Positions 20,771 to 31,168 are shown, numbered from the stretch's first letter. The stretch: DNA of 32,000 nt from Nitrospirota bacterium (GCA_040757595.1 JBFLWP010000002.1:231832-263831); one strand, 5' to 3'. The notes: generated by a model not told the origin, from the letters alone. Numbers and translations are program-made.

Positions 20771-21038
20771 CGGCTGGGAAGAGGAGTAGTAGGCGGTCCC
20801 GACGGAAGGGAGAGAGCTGGTGGATGGTGCGAACCAGCCTGGCGGCCGCCGAACTCGCCTCGGAGCCGGGCCCGTGAAATCTCCGGAGTCGGAGGGGGTA
20901 ATGGGTCCCGCCTGACCCCCGTGACGGGTCCAACGAAGGGTGCCCGGGGCGACGCTGGACGCCGGGCGCTGAATCAGGGTGGTACCACGGAGCGCGTAAG
21001 CCTTCGTCCCTGGCCTGCCTGGGAGGAAGGCTTTTTCG
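20771..21038 (+). promoter_or_regulatory. T-box leader (specifier CUC, Leu) upstream of leuA
   Basis: T-box AATCAGGGTGGTACCACGG (20972-20990). Stem I base GGCT/AGCC and GAGG/CCTC, specifier loop AGTAGTA / GAA-CTC-G (CTC at 20854-20856), upper helix GGCGG/CCGCC. Confidence 0.93.
20998..21036 (+). terminator. Rho-independent terminator of the T-box leader
   Basis: AAGCCTTCgTCCC ... GGGAGGAAGGCTTTTT, followed by CGTTTTT. Confidence 0.9.
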
Positions 21039-21058
21039 TTTTTGAGGAGGGTTGAGCC

Positions 21059-22612
21059 ATGACGCGCATGATCCGGATCTTCGACACCACCTTGCGCGAC
21101 GGAGAACAGTCGCCCGGAGCCAGCATGAACGTGGAAGAAAAGGTCATGGTGGCCAAGCAGCTGGCCAGGCTGGGGGTTGACATCATCGAGGCGGGGTTCG
21201 CCTACAGCTCTCCCGGCGACTTCGAGGCGGTCCGGCGGATCGCCCTTGAGGTCGAGGGGCCCACGATCTGCAGCCTGGCCCGGGCCAGGCCGGAGGACAT
21301 CGACCGGGCCTGGGAAGCCCTCAAGGGCGCGCCCAAGGTGCGCATCCACACGTTCCTCTCCACCTCGGACATCCACCTGAAGTATCAGTTCCGCATGACG
21401 AGGGCCGAGGCCCTGAAGCGGGCGGTGGAGATGGTGCAGCGGGCGCGGGGGTACGTGGAGGACGTGGAGTTCTCCCCGATGGACGCGACCCGGTCGGATC
21501 CCGGCTACATGCACGAGGTGCTGGAAGCGGTGATCGAGGCCGGAGCCGGGACCGTGAACATCCCGGACACGGTCGGCTACACGACGCCGCAGGAGTTCGG
21601 GCGTCTGATCCGAGGGATCCGCGAAAAGGTGCGCCGCATCGACCGGGCGGTCATCTCGGTCCATTGCCACAACGACCTCGGCCTGGCCGTGGCCAACTCG
21701 CTGGCGGCCGTGCTGGAAGGGGCCGGGCAAGTCGAGTGCACGATCAACGGGATCGGCGAGCGGGCCGGCAACGCGTCGCTGGAGGAGGTCGCGATGGGCC
21801 TCCGCACGAGGAAGGACGTCTACGGGGCGGACACCGGCATCCGGACCGAGGAGATCACCAAGACGAGCCGGCTCGTCAGCAAGATCACGGGCATGGTCGT
21901 CCAGCCGAACAAGGCGATCGTCGGCGCCAACGCCTTCGCCCACGCCTCCGGCATCCATCAGGACGGGCTGCTGAAGGAGAAGAGCACCTACGAGATCATG
22001 AGACCGGAGTCGGTCGGGCTGGTGCAGAGCAAGCTGGTCATGGGGAAGCTCTCGGGCCGGCACGCGTTCCGGCAGAAGCTGGAGGAGATGGGCTACAAGC
22101 TCACCGAGGAGGAGCTGCACCACGCCTTCGCGCGGTTCAAGAAGCTGGCGGACCAGAAGAAGGAGGTCTACGAAGAGGACCTCGAAGTGATCGTGTCCGA
22201 GGAGATCGCGAAGATCCCCGAGCGGTACGTCCTCAAGCGCCTCCACGTGGAAAGCGGGACCGACCAGGTGCCCACCGCCCAGGTGGAGCTGGAGATCGAC
22301 GGCCGTCTCATCAAGCAGTCAGGGACGGGCGACGGGCCGGTGGACGCCGCCTACCGGACCATCGCGGCGATGGTCCGGACGAAGAGCCGCCTGCTCTCCT
22401 ACGCGGTCGAAGCCATCACGGGCGGCACGGAGGCCCAGGGGGAGGTTTCCGTACGGGTCGAGGAGGGAGGCAAGACCACGACGGGCCACGGGGCGGACAC
22501 GGACATCATCGTCGCCTCCGCCAAGGCCTATCTGAACGCGCTCAACAAGCTGGCCTTCTGGGCCTCCAAGCACTTCGATCCGGAGCAGAAGGCCGGCTTG
22601 ATTTGGCAGTAG
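21059..22612 (+). CDS. leuA: 2-isopropylmalate synthase
   Basis: [43 protein letters not shown]; [47 protein letters not shown]; HASGIHQDG. Confidence 0.96.
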   Translation: MTRMIRIFDTTLRDGEQSPGASMNVEEKVMVAKQLARLGVDIIEAGFAYSSPGDFEAVRRIALEVEGPTICSLARARPEDIDRAWEALKGAPKVRIHTFLSTSDIHLKYQFRMTRAEALKRAVEMVQRARGYVEDVEFSPMDATRSDPGYMHEVLEAVIEAGAGTVNIPDTVGYTTPQEFGRLIRGIREKVRRIDRAVISVHCHNDLGLAVANSLAAVLEGAGQVECTINGIGERAGNASLEEVAMGLRTRKDVYGADTGIRTEEITKTSRLVSKITGMVVQPNKAIVGANAFAHASGIHQDGLLKEKSTYEIMRPESVGLVQSKLVMGKLSGRHAFRQKLEEMGYKLTEEELHHAFARFKKLADQKKEVYEEDLEVIVSEEIAKIPERYVLKRLHVESGTDQVPTAQVELEIDGRLIKQSGTGDGPVDAAYRTIAAMVRTKSRLLSYAVEAITGGTEAQGEVSVRVEEGGKTTTGHGADTDIIVASAKAYLNALNKLAFWASKHFDPEQKAGLIWQ

Positions 22613-22653
22613 GGCGCGGGTAGAGTCGGGAACCGGGACGCGAGCGCGTCGTA

Positions 22654-22723
22654 CGTCACTCGTGAAGCGCTAAACGCAAGAATTTTTCTCTCGCGCTTCA
22701 CGAACAACGCTTCACGAAAGACG
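22654..22723. repeat. Inverted repeats built from CGTGAAGCG words between leuA and leuB
   Basis: cgtcactcgtgaagcg (22654-22669) against cgcttcacgaaagacg (22708-22723), and perfect 11-bp tcgtgaagcgc (22660-22670) / gcgcttcacga (22693-22703): alternative pairings. Confidence 0.75.
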
Positions 22724-22741
22724 CCTTGGAGGAGTTCGGGG

Positions 22742-23818
22742 ATGAAGGTGAAGATTGCGGTGCTGGCCGGGGACGGGGTGGGACAGGAGATCGTCCCCGA
22801 GGCGGTCAAGATTCTCAAGGCGGTGGGGGAGAAGTTCCACCACCAGTTCGAGTTCGCGCCCGCCGTCGTCGGCGGCCAGGCCATTGACCGGACCGGAGCG
22901 CCGCTGCCGCCGGAGACGCTGGCGCTCGCCAAGCAGAGCGATGCGGTGCTGCTGGGGGCGGTGGGCGGTCCCAAGTGGGAGGGGCTGGACTACTCGATCC
23001 GGCCGGAGCGGGCGCTGCTCGGGCTGCGGGAGGAACTGGGCCTCTTCGCCAACCTCCGGCCGGCGAAGCTCTACCCGATGCTGGCCGATGCTTCCACGCT
23101 CAAGCGGGAGGTGATCGAGGGGATCGACGTGCTGGTCGTCCGGGAGTTGATCGGGGGCATCTATTTCGGCAAGCCCAAGGGGATCGAGAAGACCCCGGAG
23201 GGGGAGCGGGGCGTCAACACGGAGGTGTACACGACCCAGGAGATCCGGCGCATCGCCAAGGTGGCCTTCGAGGCGGCCAAGAAGCGGCGGCGACGGGTCA
23301 CCTCCGTGGACAAGGCCAACGTGCTCGAATCCTCGGAGCTCTGGCGGCGCGTCGTGACGGAGGTCCATCGGGACTATCCGGACGTCGAGCTGGCCCACAT
23401 GTACGTGGACAACTGCGCGATGCAGTTGATCCGGAATCCGAAACAGTTCGACGTGCTCGTGACGACCAACCTGTTCGGGGACATCCTGAGCGACGAGGCG
23501 GCGATGCTGACCGGCTCCATCGGCATGCTCCCGTCCGCGAGCCTCGGCGCCCATGCGGGCCTTTTCGAGCCGATCCACGGGAGCGCGCCGGACATCGCGG
23601 GCAAGAACGTCGCGAACCCGATCGCGACGATCGCCTCGGCCGCCATGATGCTGTCCTACACGTTCCAGTTGGACAAGGAAGCCGACGCGGTCGAACAGGC
23701 GATCCTCAAGACCCTGCAGCAGGGCTATCGGACGAAGGACATCCAGGGCCCGGGCTGCACGCTGGTCGGCACGGTCGAGATGGGAAGCGCGATTCTCAAG
23801 AATCTCCAGCGGGGATGA
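22742..23818 (+). CDS. leuB: 3-isopropylmalate dehydrogenase
   Basis: [25 protein letters not shown]; [11 protein letters not shown]; [27 protein letters not shown]; [22 protein letters not shown]. Confidence 0.97.
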   Translation: MKVKIAVLAGDGVGQEIVPEAVKILKAVGEKFHHQFEFAPAVVGGQAIDRTGAPLPPETLALAKQSDAVLLGAVGGPKWEGLDYSIRPERALLGLREELGLFANLRPAKLYPMLADASTLKREVIEGIDVLVVRELIGGIYFGKPKGIEKTPEGERGVNTEVYTTQEIRRIAKVAFEAAKKRRRRVTSVDKANVLESSELWRRVVTEVHRDYPDVELAHMYVDNCAMQLIRNPKQFDVLVTTNLFGDILSDEAAMLTGSIGMLPSASLGAHAGLFEPIHGSAPDIAGKNVANPIATIASAAMMLSYTFQLDKEADAVEQAILKTLQQGYRTKDIQGPGCTLVGTVEMGSAILKNLQRG

Positions 23819-23827
23819 GCCAGGACC

Positions 23828-25051
23828 ATGATCGCTTCAGGAAAGCAGGGAACCATCGTGACAGTGGCCGGCACCGGGGAGCCGGGCTTCGGGGGCGACG
23901 GGGGCCCGGCGATCTCGGCCCGCCTGAACGAGCCCAAGAGCCTCGCGCTCGACGGGACCGGCCTCGTTCTGTACATCGCCGATTCGGAGAACCACGCGAT
24001 CCGGAGGGTGGATCTCCGGACCGGGATCATCGAGACCGTCGCCGGAAGCCCGGATGAGGCGGTCTCTGCGACGGCCGGCTGCGGCGATCAGCCGGGCTCC
24101 TGGCCAGCACCGCCGGAGGAGGATCCCTTCGACGGTCCCAGGCTGGCCGGGCCGGAGCGGTTCACCCAGGTCGGCGACCTGAGCGGGACGGTCCGGTTCA
24201 CGGTCGGGACCGCGCCGAAGACCGGACGATTCGAAGGAGACGGAGGCCCGGCAATCGAGGCGAAGCTCCACTTCCCGTCAGCCGTGGCGGTGGAAGGGGC
24301 AGGGCACGTCTATATCGCCGACACGATGAACCACCGGATCCGGAAGGTTGAGGCGCGCACGGGCCTGATCACGACGATCGCGGGCAGCGGGAAGCCGCGC
24401 TATTCCGGGGACGGAGGGCCGGCCGTGACCGCCTCGCTGAACGAGCCGACGGCCCTGGCGTTGGACGGGTGCGGGGCGCTCTACGTCGCCGATCAGAGCA
24501 ACAACCGGGTTCGCCGGATCGATCTGGCGACCGGGATCATCACGACGGTGGCCGGCACGGGCGAGGCTGCTTACACGGGGGACGGGGTTCTCGGTACGGA
24601 GGCGGCCTTGGCCGGGCCCAGCGGTCTCGCCTTCGGGCCGGACGGGCAGCTCTATCTCGCCGACACCTTCAACGGGCGGATTCGAGCGCTGGACCTCACG
24701 AGCGGCGTGATCAGCACGGTGGCCGGGGACGGGAGCGAGTACCGGTTCCAGGGGGTCGCCGGAGAATTCTCGACGAGCCTCTCGCGGCCTTACGGGATCG
24801 CCGTAGACCGGGAGGGATCCATTCTGATCACCGACTCGGACAGCCACCTGATCCGCCGGTGGGACCGGCGCAGGAAGATCATCGCGCTCGTGGCGGGCAA
24901 CGGAACGGCCCAGTTCGGCGGCGACGGGGGACCCCCGCAGGCCGGCAGCCTGAACTATCCGTTCGGCGTCGCGGTTGACGGGCAGGGGAACATCTACATC
25001 GCCGACACGTTCAACCACCGGATCCGGATGATCTCGGCCGAGAAGCGGTGA
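23828..25051 (+). CDS. NHL-repeat (beta-propeller) protein
   Basis: Repeated (T)VAGTGxxGFxGDGGPAxxARLNxPxxLALDGxGxLYIADxxNHRIRRVDLxTGIITTVAG units. No obvious signal peptide. Confidence 0.88.
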   Translation: MIASGKQGTIVTVAGTGEPGFGGDGGPAISARLNEPKSLALDGTGLVLYIADSENHAIRRVDLRTGIIETVAGSPDEAVSATAGCGDQPGSWPAPPEEDPFDGPRLAGPERFTQVGDLSGTVRFTVGTAPKTGRFEGDGGPAIEAKLHFPSAVAVEGAGHVYIADTMNHRIRKVEARTGLITTIAGSGKPRYSGDGGPAVTASLNEPTALALDGCGALYVADQSNNRVRRIDLATGIITTVAGTGEAAYTGDGVLGTEAALAGPSGLAFGPDGQLYLADTFNGRIRALDLTSGVISTVAGDGSEYRFQGVAGEFSTSLSRPYGIAVDREGSILITDSDSHLIRRWDRRRKIIALVAGNGTAQFGGDGGPPQAGSLNYPFGVAVDGQGNIYIADTFNHRIRMISAEKR

Positions 25052-25101
25052 CGAGTGATGGGTGGACGAGTGACGAAGGTGCTGGAAGAGGAGCGGAGGG
25101 G

Positions 25102-26196
25102 ATGCTGACGAAGAAACCGGCCTACAAGGTGGCGGTGGTCGGCGCGACCGGTGCGGTCGGGGCCGAAATGATCGAGGTGCTGGAGGAGCGGAAGTTCCCC
25201 GTGGAGACGCTCCTTCCCCTGGCATCGTCCCGATCGGCCGGCGGCTCCGTGACCTTCCGCGGCCAGGACGTGACCGTCAAACTGTTGACCAAGGACTCGT
25301 TCGGGGGGGTGGACATCGCTCTCTTTTCGGCCGGCACCGACGTGAGCCGGGAGTACGCGCCGATCGCGGCCAAGGCTGGAGCCGTGGTCATCGACAACAG
25401 CGCGGCCTGGCGCATGGAGAAGGACGTGCCCCTCGTCGTGCCGGAAGTCAATCCGCAGGATGCGGGCCGGCACCGGGGCATCATCGCCAACCCGAACTGC
25501 TCCACGATCCAGATGGTCGTGGCGCTCAAGCCGCTCCACGACCGGGTTCGGATCAAGCGGGTCGTCGTGACGACCTTCCAGTCGGTCTCGGGAACGGGCA
25601 AGGAGGCCATGGACGAGCTGATGGAGGAGTGTCAGGCGCTCCTCAGCTTCAAGGAGCCGCAGCCCAAGGTTTATCCCTATCAGATCGCCTTCAACTGTCT
25701 CCCGCACATCGACGACTTTCTGCCCAGCGGGTACACGAAGGAAGAGATGAAGATGGTCAACGAGACCAGGAAGATCATGGGGGATCAGACGATCCAGGTG
25801 ACGGCCACCACGGTGCGGGTGCCGGTCTACGTCGGCCATTCGGAGGCCGTCAACATCGAGACCGAGCGGAAGCTGACGGCCAACGAGGCGCGCGCGATCC
25901 TGGCCGCCGCGCCGGGCGTGCTCGTGTTCGACGACCCCTCCCGCAAGGTCTATCCGATGCCGCTGGACGTGGCCGGGAAGGACGAGGTCTACGTGGGCCG
26001 GATCCGCGAGGACGAGTCGATCCCCAACGGCTTGAACCTCTGGGTCGTGGCGGACAATCTCCGGAAAGGAGCGGCGCTCAACGCGGTCCAGATCGCCGAG
26101 ATCTTGGTTGGACTCCCTAGCGAGCGAGGCGAGCGAGAGGGGGAGGCTCCATCCGGCTTCGCCGGTGGAGGGGGCGACGCGAGCCCCTGGAACTGA
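25102..26196 (+). CDS. asd: Aspartate-semialdehyde dehydrogenase
   Basis: YKVAVVGATGAVGAEMIEVLEERKFP; VIDNSAAWRMEKDVPLVVPEVN; IIANPNCSTIQMVVALKPL; GRIREDES..LNLWVVADNLRKGAALNAVQIAEIL. Confidence 0.96.
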   Translation: MLTKKPAYKVAVVGATGAVGAEMIEVLEERKFPVETLLPLASSRSAGGSVTFRGQDVTVKLLTKDSFGGVDIALFSAGTDVSREYAPIAAKAGAVVIDNSAAWRMEKDVPLVVPEVNPQDAGRHRGIIANPNCSTIQMVVALKPLHDRVRIKRVVVTTFQSVSGTGKEAMDELMEECQALLSFKEPQPKVYPYQIAFNCLPHIDDFLPSGYTKEEMKMVNETRKIMGDQTIQVTATTVRVPVYVGHSEAVNIETERKLTANEARAILAAAPGVLVFDDPSRKVYPMPLDVAGKDEVYVGRIREDESIPNGLNLWVVADNLRKGAALNAVQIAEILVGLPSERGEREGEAPSGFAGGGGDASPWN

Positions 26197-26211
26197 CAAG
26201 TGAGGTGACCC

Positions 26212-26457
26212 ATGCCGGACTGGAGCTGGCTGGGCAAGGTGCTGATCGTGATGGGCCTGGGGCTCGCCCTGATGGGGGCCCTCCTGTCCCTCCTCGGCAA
26301 GCTGCCCGGATCCGGCAACGGCCTGGGGTGGTTCGGCAAGCTCCCCGGGGACATTCTGATCAAGCGGGATCACTTCACCTTTTACTTCCCCCTGGCCACC
26401 AGCCTCCTGATCAGCGTGGTGCTGAGCCTCCTCTGGTATTTTCTGTCCAGACGGTAA
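26212..26457 (+). CDS. DUF2905-like small membrane protein
   Basis: LGKVLIVMGLGLALMGALLSLLGKLPG..GWFGKLPGDILIKRDHFTFYFPLATSLLISVVLSLLWYF. Confidence 0.8.
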   Translation: MPDWSWLGKVLIVMGLGLALMGALLSLLGKLPGSGNGLGWFGKLPGDILIKRDHFTFYFPLATSLLISVVLSLLWYFLSRR

Positions 26458-26462
26458 TCGTG

Positions 26463-27614
26463 ATGCGCGTTGTCGCCACTTTCTGCCTCGTGCTCTGCTG
26501 GTGGGCCCTGGCCTGTTCCGCCAGGGCCGAGGGAATCCGGGTCCTGCTGGCCCAGGAGGCCCAGCGGGTGACGGTGACGGCTGACCGGGGACTCGTCGCT
26601 CTGACCCAAGCAGGTCAGGAGCGGAGCTTCGCCGGCCCGCTGGTCGTGACCTCCGCTGCGGACGGGACGGGGCTCATGGTGAACGGCGAGGCCTGGCCGG
26701 ATGGCTCCCTGCTGGTCCGAGCGCAGGAGGGAGATCTCTGGCTTGAGCGGCCTGAGCGGATCGCGGTGGGCGGAGCCCTTCAGATCGCCAGCCGCGGCCG
26801 GGGCCTCATGGCAGTCAACCGGGTGGAGTTGGAGGAATACGTCAAGGGAGTGGTGCCGGCGGAGATGAACGCCGGCTGGCATCAGGAAGCGCTCAAGGTG
26901 CAGGCGGTGGTGGCGCGCACCTACGCCCTCTACCAGAGGCGTCTCAACCGGGACCCGGCCTACGACGTGGTCGCAACCGTCCAGGATCAGGTCTATCGGG
27001 GCCGGGCCGGGCTGGATCAACGGGTCCAGCAGGCGGTGGAAGCCACCAGAGGGCTCGTGCTGACCTTCCGGAACGTGCCGATCTTGGCTGCCTTCTCGTC
27101 TACGGCCGCGGGCCCGACCGAAGACGCGCTGACCGTCTGGTCCAAGGACCTGCCTTATTTGAAGGGGGTTGATTGCCCCTTCGACCAGGGCTCTCCCTAT
27201 TATCAGTGGCGGGCGGAATTCACCTTGCAGGATTTGGAAGACAAGCTCAGAAGGCAGGGCCTGCGCGTGGGGGCCATCGCCAGCCTCACGCCCTACGCCT
27301 TCACACCGGCCGGACGGGTCACGAAGCTGCGCCTGCTCCACTCACAGGGAGAATTGCTCCTCCGGGGCGAGGACCTGCGTCGGGCGGTCGGCTACGGGGT
27401 GATTCCCAGCACCCAGTTCGAGGTCGAATCCATCGGCCGCTCCGTCGTCTTGACGGGCCGAGGGGCCGGGCATGCGGTCGGGCTCTGTCAGTGGGGGGCC
27501 AAGGAAATGGCCGAACTGGGCTATCCGTTCGACACCATCCTGCGCTATTACTTTCCGGGAACCGACCTCAAGGACCTGCGAACGGTTGACCTGGCTCCTC
27601 CCGCCGCCCGTTGA
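26463..27614 (+). CDS. SpoIID/LytB-domain protein with signal peptide
   Basis: YRGxLEV-like VNRVELEEYVKGVVPAEMNAGWHQEALKVQAVVARTYALYQ; LTGRGAGHAVGLCQWGAKEMAELGYPFDTILRYYFPGTDL. Confidence 0.92.
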   Translation: MRVVATFCLVLCWWALACSARAEGIRVLLAQEAQRVTVTADRGLVALTQAGQERSFAGPLVVTSAADGTGLMVNGEAWPDGSLLVRAQEGDLWLERPERIAVGGALQIASRGRGLMAVNRVELEEYVKGVVPAEMNAGWHQEALKVQAVVARTYALYQRRLNRDPAYDVVATVQDQVYRGRAGLDQRVQQAVEATRGLVLTFRNVPILAAFSSTAAGPTEDALTVWSKDLPYLKGVDCPFDQGSPYYQWRAEFTLQDLEDKLRRQGLRVGAIASLTPYAFTPAGRVTKLRLLHSQGELLLRGEDLRRAVGYGVIPSTQFEVESIGRSVVLTGRGAGHAVGLCQWGAKEMAELGYPFDTILRYYFPGTDLKDLRTVDLAPPAAR

Positions 27615-28633
27615 TGTTGCTGGCCGATTTTGATTTTCCCTTTGATCCCGAGCTGGTCGCAACCCGTCCGGTCGAGCCCCGCGACCAGGCTCGGCTCCTG
27701 CTCGTGCCCCGAACCGGCGGCTCCTGGTCTCACCACCGGGTCCATGACCTGCCTGCATTGCTCCGTCCCAACGACCTGCTCGTTGTGAACGACACGAGGG
27801 TGCTGGCGGCCCGTCTGGTCGGTCGCAAGCGCCCGACCGGCGGGAAGGTCGAGCTGCTCCTGGTAAAGGAGCGCGAAGAGCGGACGTGGGAGGTGCTGCT
27901 CAAGGGGAAAGTCGAGCCGGGGCAGGTCATCGAGCTGGGGCAGGGGGCCACCGTCACCGTTCTGCTGCGTGGCGCGGGCGAGACGGTCGTGCGGTTCGCC
28001 GGGTCCCGCCCTGTCCGGGAGCTGATCGAAGAGGTCGGCCTGATGCCGCTCCCGCCTTACATCAAACGGGAACCCACGGGGGAGGACCGGACCTGGTACC
28101 AGACGGTCTTCGCCAGGACGGACGGCTCCATCGCCGCCCCGACGGCCAGCCTGCACTTCACGGAGCGGCTCCTCGATGCCCTGCGTGGGCGGGGGATCGG
28201 GCTCGCCACCGTGACGCTCCACGTCGGGCTGGGCACGTTCCTGCCGGTGAAGGCACCACGGGTTGAGGAACACCGGATGTTGCCGGAACGGATCGTGGTA
28301 CCGACGGAAACGGCGGAGACGGTCGAGGAGACGAAACGCGGGGGAGGGCGGATCGTGGCGGTCGGCTCCACGGTCGCGCGGGCCCTGGAGGCCTCGGCCG
28401 GTGAGCGGGGGAGGGTCAAGCCGATCCGGGGCGAGACGGACCTGTTCATCGCGCCCGGCTACCGGTTCCAGGTCATTGACGCGCTCCTGACCAACTTCCA
28501 CCTGCCGCGGAGCACGCTGCTCATGCTCGTCTCGGCCCTGGCGGGCGTGGAGCGGCTGCGGGCAGTCTATGAAGAGGCGGTCAAGGAGCGGTACCGGTTT
28601 TACTCCTACGGCGACGCGATGCTGATCCTCTGA
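27614..28633 (+). CDS. queA: S-adenosylmethionine:tRNA ribosyltransferase-isomerase
   Basis: LLADFDFPFDPELVATRPVEPRDQARLLLV; NDTRVLAARLVGRK; LHVGLGTFLPV; TNFHLPRSTLLMLVSALAG. Overlaps the upstream stop. Confidence 0.96.
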   Translation: MLLADFDFPFDPELVATRPVEPRDQARLLLVPRTGGSWSHHRVHDLPALLRPNDLLVVNDTRVLAARLVGRKRPTGGKVELLLVKEREERTWEVLLKGKVEPGQVIELGQGATVTVLLRGAGETVVRFAGSRPVRELIEEVGLMPLPPYIKREPTGEDRTWYQTVFARTDGSIAAPTASLHFTERLLDALRGRGIGLATVTLHVGLGTFLPVKAPRVEEHRMLPERIVVPTETAETVEETKRGGGRIVAVGSTVARALEASAGERGRVKPIRGETDLFIAPGYRFQVIDALLTNFHLPRSTLLMLVSALAGVERLRAVYEEAVKERYRFYSYGDAMLIL

Positions 28634-28636
28634 GGA

Positions 28637-28729
28637 AGCGGTCAGCAATCAGCCGTCAGCTATTCGCTTCGGGTAGAAGGGAGCCCCATCTTGTCCAGGC
28701 TGCAAGCTGACCGCTGAGGGCTGACGGCT
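28637..28729. repeat. 25-bp inverted repeat made of GTCAGC words between convergent genes
   Basis: agcggtcagcaatcagccgtcagct (28637-28661) against agctgaccgctgagggctgacggct (28705-28729); 21/25 complementary. Confidence 0.85.
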
Positions 28730-28730
28730 A

Positions 28731-29429
28731 TTACAGCAATTCTTTTCTGATCTGGATCGGGATGCGGGCTTTGAGGGACTGGGTGTAGGCGACCAGAGCG
28801 CGCTGCTGCTTCTGCAGCAAGAAGTCTTGCAGGATCCGCTCCTTGGCCGACTGGCCGCCGGCCGCTCCGGTCGCCGGCTGGCGGGCCATGAGGGCCTCCG
28901 CCTCGGCGATCTCCGCCGGTGTCAGGGCCACCGAATCCCGCACGATCGTCTTGGCCTTGGCGGTCAGCAGCTCGCCGGCATAGATGGACTCGAACAGCGC
29001 CGGCGTCAAGCGGTTGGCGGCCAGAATGCGCCGGTAGAGCTCCGGGTCGAACTTGCCGTTCCGCTGAAAGTCCTGCCGGCTGAGAATGTCGTCGCGCAGC
29101 TCGGCCGGACTCACGGCCGCCCCCAGTTCCTTGGCGGCCAGGGTCCACAGCTTGTTCTCGACCATGCTCTCGATGACGAACTGCTTCATCTCCTCTTCCT
29201 TGATCTCGCCCTTCACGTTGTCCCGGTAGAACCGATAGGTGTTCTCGTAGCTCCGTCGGAACTCGTCGCGGGAGATCGTCAGATCCCCCACGGACGCGAC
29301 GGCGTTGGATTCCTGTTCGCCGAACCCCCACCAGCCCATCGTGATCACGAAGGCGATGGCCAGGGCTCCCATGATGGATTTCAACAGCCAGGGATACTTG
29401 TGGGCGCTGTCCCGCATGAGCTTGATCAT
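28731..29429 (-). CDS. SurA-N-domain-like membrane-anchored chaperone/periplasmic protein
   Basis: MIKLMRDSAHKYPWLLKSIMGALAIAFVITMGWWGFGEQESNAVASVGDLTISRDEFRRSYENTYRFYR; SurA_N-type pattern, no PPIase rotamase domain. Confidence 0.8.
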   Translation of the reverse strand: MIKLMRDSAHKYPWLLKSIMGALAIAFVITMGWWGFGEQESNAVASVGDLTISRDEFRRSYENTYRFYRDNVKGEIKEEEMKQFVIESMVENKLWTLAAKELGAAVSPAELRDDILSRQDFQRNGKFDPELYRRILAANRLTPALFESIYAGELLTAKAKTIVRDSVALTPAEIAEAEALMARQPATGAAGGQSAKERILQDFLLQKQQRALVAYTQSLKARIPIQIRKELL

Positions 29430-29519
29430 GATGCCGCTCCTTGCTCGAATTCGAAGGGAAATTGTACCGGTCACGGCCGGGAAAGGCAAGACATGATATG
29501 CCTGAAAATGTTGAGAAAT

Positions 29520-29548
29520 TTGTGATGGGGCATGAACTTTGTTATACT
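29520..29548 (+). promoter_or_regulatory. Candidate sigma70 promoter
   Basis: TTGTGA (29520-29525), 17-nt spacer, TATACT (29543-29548). Confidence 0.55.
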
Positions 29549-30032
29549 GACGCGACCTTTGCATGGAGGACGCTTGTCGGGAGAGGGGCGGGAAGGGAAC
29601 CCTTTGGGCGAGGGGGTGTATCCCAAAGCGCACACCCTCAACCGTCTGATCGCGAAAACCGTGGATTTGATCATCGTGGCTGCGGCCGACCGGCTGGTTC
29701 CTCCGGTCGGGTGGCTGGCGGGGCTGGTCTACGTGCTCATCGCCGATGGATTCTCGGGCGGAAGCAGTGTCGGCAAGCGGCTGATCGGTCTGCAGACCGT
29801 GGTCACGCGCACTCAGGAATTTGCCGGTTTCCGGGAGTCCATCGTCCGCAACTTGCCCCTCGCGCTGGCGTACCTGCTGTTACCGCTCCCTTACATCGGG
29901 TGGGCGCTGGCAGCCGCCATCGCCGGGTTCGAAACGCTGTTGATCATCGGCAATGACCGGGGTGTCCGGCTCGGTGACGAAATCGCGCAGACGCAGGTCT
30001 TGGATGCGGGCCAGCTCGACTGGCGCGACTGA
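29532..30032 (+). CDS. RDD family membrane protein (start codon uncertain, possibly GTG 29616)
   Basis: LNRLIAKTVDLIIVAAADRLVPPVGWLAGLVYVLIADGFSGGSSVGKRLIGLQTV. The ATG at 29532 lies inside the candidate promoter. Confidence 0.75.
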   Translation: MNFVILTRPLHGGRLSGEGREGNPLGEGVYPKAHTLNRLIAKTVDLIIVAAADRLVPPVGWLAGLVYVLIADGFSGGSSVGKRLIGLQTVVTRTQEFAGFRESIVRNLPLALAYLLLPLPYIGWALAAAIAGFETLLIIGNDRGVRLGDEIAQTQVLDAGQLDWRD

Positions 30033-30081
30033 CCCGACACGTACCCAGTTGGCCGGGCGCGGTCGCCGTGACCGTGCCTGA

Positions 30082-31149
<1,068 letters not shown>

Positions 31150-31168
31150 CCGCTCCATCCGCACGGGC

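Noticed and set aside
20681-22246. 521 aa - strand ORF over the T-box and leuA
   Set aside because: Antisense shadow of leuA; leuA and T-box signatures on the + strand account for the sequence.
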